This document shows positions 38,701-50,400 of a stretch of DNA of 64,000 bases, piece after piece (the first letter of the stretch is position 1; each line of letters opens with the position of its first letter). Position numbers and translations under genes: made by a program. Source of the DNA: Azolla caroliniana (Eukaryota > Plantae > Polypodiophyta); assembly GCA_043228905.1 (NCBI GenBank), contig JBHGNT010000004.1:12958001-13022000 (forward strand), read 5' to 3'. The notes below the pieces were generated by a model. The model saw only the letters and a program-made list of their open reading frames with translations. It was not told the DNA's origin and made no database searches.

Positions 38701-39766
38701 TCTTGCGAATGGTCTAGACATTAATAACCTACCTCCCCTTAGGTACAACCACACGAGTGATAACACCTTAATCTCTCATGAGAACCGCAATAAAGTAATA
38801 CGCCAAGAAATATGGCAAATTTACACTCGGTGTAAATGGATCACCCCACTAGAGCCACTCCCATCTAAAGTGTCGTACTATAAGAAACACTTCATGCACT
38901 TCTCTGAGTTAGGTTTTATCACGCGGCCAAAATATCTAGATGTATTCTTACCACATGGACTAAGGGTTGCCATTGGACAACTTAGAATATCATCTCACCA
39001 ACTTGAGATTGAAAATGGTTGTACTAGTGGAGTCCCTAGGGAGGAAAGGATATGTAGGTTATGTCACATAGAGATAGAGGATGAGTACCACTTTACATGC
39101 AAGTGTCCAACCTATGCCGAGATAAGGGCAAAATACCAAGACATACTTGGTCCGTCTCCCACCCTCCCCAAACTATTAGATACTCTAGATATAAAGAAAT
39201 TAGGCAAATACATTCTAGAGCTAAAACAACACAGAGAGAATAAATTACAAAATGTTGACAATAATGTTGCTAATGATCACGAACATGTAACAAATGCAGT
39301 TTTTCAGGAACCTGAGGAGACAACGAATGCCGACACACTTGCACCACTCGGCCTTTCCATTGATGAGGCAGAAAACCAGAGAAGAACCAGACGTCCTCGG
39401 GTGCCGGGTTTCAAAGCAACTCAACGTGATGTGGAAGCAATATTGAAAATAAGGGAACGTGAGCTACACCGCCTAGAAGCCATGGCTAGGGCACTCTCTA
39501 CATTGGAACCCACATCAAGACCCTTTGACCCCCCACTTCTTTTCGAGAGGCTTGGGTGGAAATAAAATTAGGCTTAGTGTATAGTCACTTTCGAGTATAC
39601 TACATATTGTACACTACTAGAACTCTTTTAGTTTAAGTTCTATTTTTTTTACTTAATTTTATTTTAGTTATGATGACTGGATAAATACTCTATTGTTGTA
39701 AACCAATTGTCTCATGGGCCAAATTTGGCCTTAGAAGACGTTAATACATCTTTCTTTCTTTCTTTC
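35796..39766 (+). mobile_element. Non-LTR retrotransposon (LINE, RTE-X-like) copy 1: APE-RT-CCHC
   Basis: Endonuclease (LWNCNG, GDFNART, VDY, DH); RT (QAGFR, VDFRKAFD, KQGCPLS, YADD); ERICRLC...EDEYHF..KCPTY; (TTTC)n tail. One stop (37349) and one frameshift (~38483). Confidence 0.93.
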
Positions 39767-40802
39767 TCTCTCTCCCACGTAATGTGTATATTTAAGCTCT
39801 CCATTAAACCTACGTATTTTCCTGTGTTCGGTTTTCTACTTGCTTCCGCACACTATTCTTGACACGGACTAATCCTATCGGTGTCCACATGGTATTGATC
39901 TCTCGGCTCTCCACGGCTAGTTGTAATTGGTCATACCCGGACCGGAGTATAGGTCTCTGATGGAGTATATCGCGCTAACGACAAACACTTCCGCAAATTC
40001 GTCCAGTATCGGACCGAGTCCGGAGTTCCGGATCGTGACCTTGTTCACCAGTTGCAAATATTGAATAAACCAGAGTGACCCATTCTTCTTTGGAACCGTA
40101 AACCATCGATTTGAGTACGGAGCGTTTGATGGCTCTAGAATCCCCATCTTCACCTTCTCCTTGAGCAAGCAAAGGATTTTCGGAATATGCGCCTATGGCA
40201 CCGGAATCGGCTTCAAGTTCTACCACACATGATCAATTGTGAAGATCACCATCAACTCCACTATCGTTGGATTAACGCACCCTATCTCTCTGGATGTGAA
40301 TGCATTTATGCTCTTCCATGCTGCTCCAACATCTCACGAAATCGTTCTTCTTCATTTTGTGAGAGGAAACCACCTCCACCAATCTGAAGTCTTTTCCAGG
40401 TCTCATGCATGAAGGCATGTCCGATATCCATGGACTTCCGAAGTGTCGGATCTCCCGACACTTCTTTCCTCTTTTGTTCGCTATCGGCAGGTAGCGGTCC
40501 TGCGGCCGGTTTCGCCTTCTTTTCCACAGTCTTATATTTCGTACATACCATTGCTTCTTCTTTGCCGAGCGCATCCGGCCCCATTTTCGCAATGATCTCG
40601 TACATCTCGACCGATTCCACCGGAACTACCCGATCTCCCTGGCTATTTTCTTATGCAAGCTCTTCAAGCCGTTGTAGTGTGCTCCCATAGAACACTTCTT
40701 CGACTACTCCCACGATTTCTTCGTCTTCTCTTATTATTGATGCAGGCCGTAACTCATCTTGCACCTTTCGGAATTCTTCCTTCATTACTCCGGTTACGGC
40801 CG

Positions 40803-43800
40803 TGTACCTTGTTGTAGTGTAATTCGCACACTATGTGAAATATGTAAAAATATATATCGGATTGTAGTACGGATAAATAAATAAAAGAAAATATTAAAAA
40901 TATTGTTACATGCATAAGGCACGATTCGAACCTTGTACCTCCATGTTAACGATTTTAAGCCTTACCACTATACTAACATATTATGAGTTTTAAAGTTATC
41001 CTAAAATTTATCCCATGCAAATATTCTAGATATGCATAGTAGAAAATGTTATTCATGCATACACACTCGAGTTAAAAGAAAAGATGTGATAGCAAGCTAA
41101 TCATGCACATGTAGTGTGCATGAAAACTAGAGTTAGGAAAAGCATGATGTTTGCATGTGATAAAGTTAGACTCTTCCATCACTATATAAGGAAGAAAGAA
41201 TGATATATAGGGGTTGTTGATTTTTTATAATGGTTGATTAATATAAAATATTCGTGGGGATCCACGATTTTGCCATCTATTTCTCTCTTACAATCTAAGT
41301 ATCAATTAATACACTATACTCGTGGGATTCACGATTTTCATATCTTCATCTTGCAATCTATTCATAACTAACATTATCTCATATTCTTCTTTTTGCTAGT
41401 CCAAAACCCCAACGGTTCCCACTGGACTACAATATGATGGCGATGTTTGAGTGGATGCTACAAGAACAACGCGTGATGTCAGAGATTGCAGCGGCAGTAG
41501 AGCGGCTCGTGCAATGGAATGGGCAATTCAACGGGAATGATGTGTCGTGATATTTGGGGCATTACAAGGCGGAAATGCTACGGTGCGGAATATCGGAAGG
41601 ATTCCAAGTGACATCCTTCAATCGGGTGGCTACGGACGGGCTTCAAGGGGGTATTTATGGGATACGACAACAAAATCCTACGTAGGAAGCATTTGAAGAA
41701 GCTCTAAAAACCACGTTCGCCATCGAGGACTCCTCCAAGGCAACGCGGAGGGGATTCGAAGATTGGGTGGAAATGCCAGACAAGGGGCTGAAGGTCCTCG
41801 ATGTGTTTTCGGCATTCGAAAGCTGGTTCGGGATGTTGTCCACGAGAGATCAAGCTATCCTCGCACTGGACAAAGTGATCATGTTCTTACGAGTCGTGGA
41901 CGTCTGAGACCGGAAAGACCTTGGAGTGCTTCTAGAGGACACGACTACTGAGAGTGACCTCACAAATACATGGGAAAACGTTTGGGACATCGTCGTGCGA
42001 TACACCAAAAGGGGGCAATGGCTTGGTAATGAAGAGAAGAGGGTTTTAGAGCCAATTCCGAAACCAAGAACCGGATTGGAAGACCATCAACCGTGGGCTC
42101 AGGAGACTACGACCGAGAAGGGAATCAATGCAACCACGGTGGAGCAGTTGCTTAAGGAGATGGAGAATTTGAAAATCGCGATGGTGAAGAAGTTAGATGA
42201 CCATCCCACAAGTTCCAAGTATATGGACCGTCGATGCATATGGTGCGATGGCACCAAACATGATCGAAGGGATTGCGACGAGCACAAGGAGGCGCTACGA
42301 TAGGATCTTATCTACTACGAGGAAAATCAGATTCATTCGATGGACTCTCGGAAGCCACTCCGACCGAACTTCCGAAAAGGCGGCATGAAGAAGGTTCTAG
42401 AGGAGGAAATAGTGGCGAAAAGCAATTATGCGACAAACCGCGGGGATATGTGTGGGTGAGTCCTGTGGAGCAAAGGCGTCTTTTTGGCCGGAAGTGCTAG
42501 AAATCTCGAAGAAAGCCAACCTTGATGAAATCCGGAGCGCCGCGGAAGGTATCCAGGAAGCTACAGGATGGGAGTGCCCCGTAGATAAGAATAGCTTACA
42601 TCCGTTGTATCAATTGCATGAAGTGTATGTAGATCAGAAATGACGACGCACGAATGATGCGGCCGGACCATCAAAGACGATGGACCGTCAAAGAAGGTGA
42701 AATCAGCCGCGGGACCGCGCAGCGTCAATGAAGAAGAATTGCTTCGTGAGATGCTCGCGCAACGTGGAAGAGCATTTGCATTCACATCGAAAGAGATAGG
42801 GTGTGCTGACCTGAAGATAGTGGAAGCGATGGTGATCTTCACGATTTATCATGTGCCGTGGAACCTGAAGCCGATTCCGGTGCCATGGGCGCATATTCCA
42901 AAAATCATTGACTTGCTCAAGGAGAAGGTGGCGATGGGGATTCTAGAGCCATCCAACGCTCCATACTCAAATTGATGGTTTATGGTTCCGAAGGAGAATG
43001 GGTCACTCCGATTTATTTAAGATTTGCAACTGGTGAGCAAGGTCACGATCTGGAACTCTGGAATTGGTCCGATAGTGGACAAATTTGCGGAAGCGTTTGC
43101 CGATCGCGCGATATACTCCATTTAAACCAAAACTGTTTATAGAAAAGTTAAAACCAAACTGAACCATTTAATAAAAAGTGTAAACCTAACCACATTTAAG
43201 CCAAGTTAATTAAAAAATTAATTAAATAAAAATATACAAAATTAAATAAGCATTAATGTTAAAATAAATAAATAAGATTAATTGAGCCATTAGATTAAAT
43301 AAACAATTAAGTTAAGTGAATTAAACCAATGAAAAACATTAATTAAACCATTAAATTACATAAACATTTAATGGATAAAAAAAGATAGCCCAAAAACCTA
43401 TAAACCTATAAACCAAACCTATAAACCTATAAACCCTAGTTTCAAAACCAAACCAAACTGAAACCGAACCGTATATTATTAATTAAAACCAAACCAAACA
43501 ATTTAGTTATTTTGAAACTTATAAACCTTTAAACCATGGTTTAACAGTTCGGCTTAAGCCGAAACTGGGCCCATTGCTACGAACACCGATAGGATTGGTC
43601 CGGATGTGCACGCTACCACAAGGCGTGACGAACTCATTCCAGGACTGCATTCCGGAACTAATGAATGTGATAAACAAGGTGCTCCGGGACTGCATTCCGG
43701 AGATAAAGATGCCGTTCCTAGATGACATTCCGATAAAAGGATGTGTGGTGGAAGAAAAAGATGAGACTATGGATGATCGGGGATGTCGAAAGTTCGTAGT

Positions 43801-44290
43801 CGACCATAATCGCGATTGCAAGAAAGTGTTATGGAAGTTAGAAGATGTGCACCTAACGATCTCCGAAGAGAAATCGACATTCGGACAAAAAGAGATATTG
43901 GTAGTCGAACATCTATGTGGGCCCTACGGCCGAAGACCGTCACCAGTCAAGATCAATGCGACAAGTTTGAATGGAAACCGAGACATACCAAAGTCGTGAA
44001 GAAGCTCAAGAAATCACAATAGAGGGCATAAGCATTTAAGAAGCCGAACTATGACCGATCGATTATAGTAACGGTTGATACAAGTCCAACCAGGATCGGA
44101 TGGGTCATCAATCAAGCGGATTCGGATGGTTCACGATATCCGATCCGATTCGGAGCAAAGGTTCTCAACGAAAGGCAATGCGGATATGCACAAGTTAAAA
44201 GAGAATTATGGGGAGTCGTTTCAGCAATAAAATCAGATCGAGATTACTTAATTGGAGTTGAAGTAGTGATCGAAACGGATTGTCTTCCGA
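40803..44290 (+). mobile_element. Gypsy T3, same family as T1, opposite orientation, multiply deleted
   Basis: LTR ~40803-41428 is the reverse complement of the T1 LTR. Gag 41432-42660 is homologous to 46170-44960. RT/RNase H fragments end at ETDCLPIL. Confidence 0.88.
43122..43579. mobile_element. AT-rich non-autonomous DNA element fragment (MITE/hAT- or Helitron-like)
   Basis: Interrupts the T3 RT between AIYSI and RTPIGLV. Contains AAACC/AACCG and AAACCTAT repeats and terminal palindromes. Confidence 0.6.
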
Positions 44291-46210
44291 TACTCGTGCA
44301 AAGGCCGCTCCGCTATCAAGCACCTTTGTCTCCATCCGTGAAGCCGTGATAAAGGGTTTCTCGAGGATCACGGAGTGTGAGACCTCATCTTGCACGAAGA
44401 AATTTTGGTCAATTTCCACATCTCCGATCTTCACCATCACATCCGGACAAGCCGCAAATAAATCTTTCATTGCTTTAGTGGCTGCCCGGATCTTCCATCC
44501 ATGATTAGTGTTAATAGGCCACTTCCTTGGACATCAAATTGATCTCTAACCCTTGATCAATCAATGCTAGTACGGGCTCTTTGATGTTTCCGATTCGGAC
44601 CGGAGTCTCCGTAGTTGCGCGTGCCCAATGTGGCCTAGTGTAGTTGGAGTTCGGAATTTCATCCTCCACTTTGGTATCATTCATTAGAACGGTATTTTTA
44701 TTCATCCTTGGAGCATTTTACTCCGTATTTTGTCTTTTTCTCTTCACGAGATCCACAAGAAGATCAAGGAACTCCTTCGCTATTCCGAGTAATTCCCGAA
44801 GCGAAAAATCTACCCAGCTATCGAGGATTCTCTCCTCGAACACCTTTTTTAAGTACGTCCGTTGCTCGATGTCCGAACCGAGTTTGAATGCCGCAATTTT
44901 TTTTCCTTTCCCCTTTCCTTTGGAGTTTTATCTCTCTGGCTTCTTGGATGGTCCGGCCGCATCATCCGTGTGCCGTCGTTGCTCATCGACATACACCTCA
45001 TGTAATTGGCATAGGGCGTACACGCTATTCTTATCGACGGGGAACTCCCATCCTGTAGCTTCTTGGATGCCTTCCGCAGTGCTTCAGATCACATTAGAGT
45101 CAGTTTTCTTGGGGTTTTCTTTCACTTTCGGCCAAAAGGACTCACACACACGTATCCCCGCGGTTGTCGCATAATTGCTTTTCGCTGCTATTTCTTCTTC
45201 TATGACCTTCTTCATGCTGCCTTTTCGGAAGTTCGGTCGGATTGGCTTCCGAGAGTCCATTGAATGAATCCGATTTCCCTCGTAGTAGATAAGATCCCAT
45301 CGTAGCGCTTCCTTGTGCTCATCACAATCCCTTCGATCATGTTCGGTGCTATCGCACCATATGCATCGACGGTCCATATACTTGGAACTTGTGGGATGGT
45401 CATCTGACTTCTTCACCATCGCGATTTTCAGATTCTCCATCTCCTTAAGCAACTGCTCCACCGTGGTTGCATTGATTCCCTTCTCGGTCGTAGTCTCCCG
45501 AGCCCACGGTTGATGGTCTTCCAATCCAGATCTTGGTTTCGGAATTGGTTCCGAAACCCTCTTTTCTTCACTACCAAGCCATTGCCCGCTCTTTGTGTAT
45601 CATGCAACGATGTCCCACACGTTTTCCCATGTATTGGTGAGGCCACTCTCAGTAGTGGTGTCCTCTAGAAGTATTCCAAGATCTTTCCGGTCCTGGACAT
45701 CCACGGCTCGTAAGAACATGATCACTTTGTCTGGTGCGAGGATAGCTTGATCTCTCGCAGACAACCTCCTGAACCGACTTTTGAAAGCCGAAAACACATT
45801 GAGGACCTTTAGCCCCTTGTTTGGTGTTTCCACCCAATCTTCGAATCCCCTCCGTGTTGCCTTGGAGGAGTCCTCGATGGTGAACATGGTCTTTAGCGCT
45901 TCTTCAAATGCTTCCCACATCGGATTTTGTTGTCGTAACCCATGTTTACTCCCTTGAAGCCCATCCGTAGCCACCCGATTGAAGGACGTCACTTGCAATC
46001 TGTCCGATATTCCGCACCATAGCATTTCCACCTTGTAATCCCACAAATATCGGGACACATCCTTCCCGTTGAATTGCTCGTTACGTTGCATGAGCCGCTC
46101 TCCTGCCGCTGTAATCTCCGACATCGCGCGTTGTTCTTGTAGCATCCACTCAAACATCGCCATCATGTTGTTAGCATCTTGTTGATTTTCCATCTCCTTG
46201 CCACCCGTTT

Positions 46211-46227
46211 TCACGTCGGGTTCACCA
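46211..46227 (-). promoter_or_regulatory. tRNA-Trp primer-binding site (T1)
   Basis: TGGTGAACCCGACGTGA on the minus strand, 4 nt after the 5' LTR; identical to 22575-22591. Confidence 0.85.
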
Positions 46228-47401
46228 CTTGTGTCGGGCTTTTTACTCCGGATCATTTGCGTGAGTCAGGTGGGAACCGCTGGGGTTTTGGACTAGGAGA
46301 AAGAAGAATATGAGTTAAGGTTAGTTATGAATAGATTGCAAGATAAATATATGAAACTCGTGAATCTCACGAGCATAGTGTATCAATTGATACTTAGATT
46401 GTAAGAGAGAAATAGATGGCAAAATCGTGAATCCCACGATTATTTTATATTATTCAAACCTTATAAAAATCAACAACCCCTATACATCTTTCTCTTTTCC
46501 TTATATAGTGATGGAAGAGTCTAAGTTTATCACATGCAAGCATCATGCTTTTTCTAACTTTAGCTTTCATGCACACTACATGTGCATGATTAGCTTTCTA
46601 TCACATCTTTTCTTTTAACTCGAGTGGGTATGCATGATTTCTATCATGCTTATCTAGAATATTTACATGGGATAAAGTTCTTTAAAACTGATAATATGCT
46701 AGTATAGTGGTAAAGCTTAAAATCGTTAACGTGGAGGTACTGAGTTCAATCTTGCCCTATCCATGTAACATAATTATTGTAGTATTTCTCCTATTTCTTT
46801 ATACTTAGTCAATTGGGTACTCCACACATATTTATGTAGTGTACAAAGTACACCAGGACAGCGTGAATATGGTCTCTATGCAAAATTAGAGAAGTGTTGT
46901 TTCGACCAGCATCTGTGCGGTAGATTTTGGGGTACATAATCTTTTCACATGGCATCTCTATGGATCCAGCAAAGGTTGAAACAGTTTTGGAGTGGCAAAC
47001 ACCACAGTCTGTGGGAGATGTACAATGTTTTTTGGGGTTCACAAACTTTTAGCGCAAGTTCATCAAAGATTATTCAAAGATTGTATTGCCCCTCACTCAA
47101 CTGACAGAAAAGAATCGACCATTTGTGTGGAGTATAAATGCAAACTCTACATTTGAAGGATTAAATCAACCAATTTTGATACATGTCGATGCATTGAAGC
47201 ACTTTATACTCGAAGTTGATGCATCCAACTTCGCAGTAGGAAGTTTATTATCCCATATTAGCAATGATGGCCAACTGCACCCTGTGGCTTTTCATTCACG
47301 GAAATTCGAAGCTGCAGAAATCAACTATGAGATTCACGACAAAGAGCTTCTTGCCATTGTGGATTCTTTTCAACAATGGCGTCATTTTTTGGAGGGTTCG
47401 T

Positions 47402-50400
47402 GGGTTCGTCTACAGGGACTCCGCAAGAAGGATTTCGAAATGCCTTTCACCCAGTGATGACAAGTCCAACTTTTTCTGGATGGATGAGTTGGTGCCCGTG
47501 TCGATGTGGAGCTTTCTAGCAATGTCCAGTGCATCAGGGTGTGGAGGTGCCTCAGCGACCCTGATGTACCCATCCAAGCGTTTCTCCACAAACCATCGAC
47601 GCAAGGCGGTAGAGATGAATATCGGCATAGTAGGAATAGGCTCGTGGCTAGTGGGTTAAGACTGTTGGTTGCGGTGGGCTTGAGCTCTGTGATAGGATGG
47701 AGAAGAGGGTGAGGAAGGGGAGCGATGAGAGCGCTGAGAGTTAGAAGGTTGATTTCTGTATTGTGCAGAAAACCTTCTATTTCCTTCTTTTTGTGGCCTA
47801 GGGTTCATTGGTCGGTCAACCATCGTGGTGCCGCGTGTTCTTGGTCTAGAAGTTTGTGCATGCCTTAAGTCCTTTTAATAGCGTCCCTATCTTCTCTTCC
47901 TTCTTCTTTTTTCGTAATGGTTACATACAATACAATTTTTACACTATAATACAAGTGGGGCCGTCTACTTACTCCGCGGATTCTCCAGTGTTGTCCTGTC
48001 CGACGGGGAACGGGTTAGGTGGCGTAGGTCGCAAATAAGGTTTAAGGCGAAACCCATTCACTTTCGGTCGTAACACTTCCCCGGCCAGTGTGCCCAGTTG
48101 AAACGTGCCTTGTTGTGCTCCTACTATCCAGTACAGGCTTGTCCAACAGAATCGTAATTTTCCTGGCATATGCCCCATGCGTGTTTGGAAAACTAATACC
48201 GCTTTTCCAACCGTAAAATCTTTTTCACGCGCATGCCAGCGTTGTTCAACGAATGCTTTGCGCTATCATTGTTCCTGCTCTAATATGGCCATACTACGTA
48301 CCCTTGTTTCTCCTAGATCTAGTAGTCTCTGTAGCCGTATTTGTGCGGATTTGACCTCTAGTAGCCAGGCTCGTATTTGAATCCGCAGACTTGGTACCTA
48401 GAATTCAACTGGCATCACGGCCTCCAGACCAAATGCCAGCCTGAACGGTGTTGATTGTATGTTGCTCTTATACGGTATTCCCATAATGCACTATGCAACT
48501 TGGTGTCCCGATCCGTCTTGTTCATGCATTCCGCCAAGCCATTTGCCTGCCGGTAATACGACGTACTTTTCTTGTGCACCACCGCGTAATGTTGGGTTAG
48601 TTCGTTGATGACCGTATTCAGAAAGTGACTCCCTTGGTCACTAATGAGCTCGATAGGGCAGCCGAAATGACACGAGATGTGTTCGTACAAGAATTTCGCC
48701 ATGACTGCCGCGGTATTCTCGCGTCGTGGTTTCGCTTCTACCCACTTGGTGCAGTATTCCGTAGCCACCAGGATGTACTTATTGCTTGTTCAAGCGGCCG
48801 CCGGGGTAAAAGGTCCCACGAAATCTAACCCCCACTTTTGGAAAGGATCTAGTGGCAACACTGGTTGGTGTGGCATTCTTGCGACTTCTGTGGGTTGGCC
48901 CAGTCGTTGGCATAAATTGCATTGTCTGCAATATTCATACGCGTCCTTTTGCGTCATCGGCCACCAAAGTCTTGCTTGCCAAATTCTCCAGGCCGTAACA
49001 TCGCCCGCATAATGTCCTCCCGCCGTACCACAATGGGCTTCGCGTAGAACCGCGGAATTCTCATCCTGTCGTATTCTGCGCCTCCAGATGCCGTCACTGC
49101 CCTTGTGGTATAGTATGTTTTCCACTAAACAAAAATTTCGACTCCGGATGGGCCGCCGTTTTTTCTCATCCGTCCGTAATTAGGGTGGCGGTAACCCCGT
49201 GGTTAGGAAGTAAGCCATTTCCATGAGCCACCGATCCGGGAAGGTCTTTTCCATTCGTTCTACTAGCGTTGCTACTCATAGAATGTCTGCATCCGGAAAG
49301 TCGTCGTCATCCCTCTGCGTTGTTTCTCCATTATCGAGTTTGCTCAAAAAATTTGCCACTACGTGTTGCGTACCCGGGTGGTGCTGAATTACAAAGTCGA
49401 ATTCTTGAAGCAACAGCATCCATCTCGCTAATTTCCCTGTCAGAGCTTGTTTCTCCACTAGATATAGTAGTGCCGAATGATCCACGTGAAACGTGAATTT
49501 CCGTCCTAGCAGATAATGACGGAACTTATTGATGTTGTAGATCATACCCAACGCCTCACGTTCCGTTGTGGAATAGTTACGCTAAGCCGTTGATAATTTC
49601 CGACTAGCGTAGTACACCGGCCAGTACCAATTCGGCTCCGTGAGCTGCATTAGCACACTACCTATTGCTATATCCGAGGCATCTATGAACATGTGAAATG
49701 GCTTTGCCCAAACTGGTGGCAGTACGACGGGTGCCTGCGTTAGCATTACCTTTAGCGCATCATACGCCTTTTCTTCCGTAGCTGTCGATTGGAAGGGAGT
49801 TCGATGAACGACGACGGCATGTAACGGCGTGGCGAAGTCCGCCAAATAGCGTATCATCCGACTGTGCCATCGTATTTGTCCTAAAAAACGGCTGAGTGAT
49901 TTTGCGTTTGTCAGCGTTTTCACGTAGGTAATCATGGAGATTTTATTCGGATCAACCGCTATCCCTTCCTTGCTGACTATATGGCCGAGGAGAGCCCCGT
50001 TGGTAACGCCGAAGGCACATTTGGCGGGATGCAGGCTTAAGCATGCGGTGTGGCAATGTTCCAAGCACAGTTGCAGATGCGTAAAATGGTCGGTTGTTCT
50101 CCCATATACCGCAAAATCATCTAAAAAAACTTGTTGGAATATATTCCCCAAAAATCTCCATGATTGTCCATTGAAATGTCCTCGGCGCCGTCTTTAGCCT
50201 GAACATCATGACGACTGCAACATAGACTCCCCAATCCGTGACAAACGTTGTCTTCTCTTGGTCTTCGGGGTGCATGTGTACTTGGTTGTACCCACTAAAG
50301 CCATCTAAAAAACTATGCCATCTAAAAAACTATACATGTCATGCCCTATGACGGCGTCCAGTACGCTATCGGTGAAAGGTAAAGGGAATGCTTCTGTAAT

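Larger units (their letters stand above)
19837..39864 (+). mobile_element. Copia B (Bryco/RLC5-like by inference), degenerate
   Basis: 5' LTR 19837-20272; PBS TGGTATTAGAGC 20273-20284; gag EKLDKNNYASWSYKM; integrase QNGVA; RT YVDDL; RNase H HARTKHIEVHYHF. The 3' LTR 35466-39864 is split by a LINE. The host RT rejoins as GLV|RMCTLPQG, with decayed TSD CAGAA/CGGAC. Confidence 0.92.
17306..46860 (-). mobile_element. Gypsy T1 (fungal-like pol, tRNA-Trp PBS), pieces 46860-44290, 40802-39865, 19836-17306
   Basis: 5' LTR 46232-46860; partial 3' LTR 17306-17878; 4-bp TSD GCGT (host rejoins as LQRLR|EYGLYAK). Gag has CIWCD..H....C; protease IDQG; RT YSNRWFTVPKK, LPQG, FLDDI; RNase H VDTSP; integrase GHWG, QVEGRAL. 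Confidence 0.9.
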
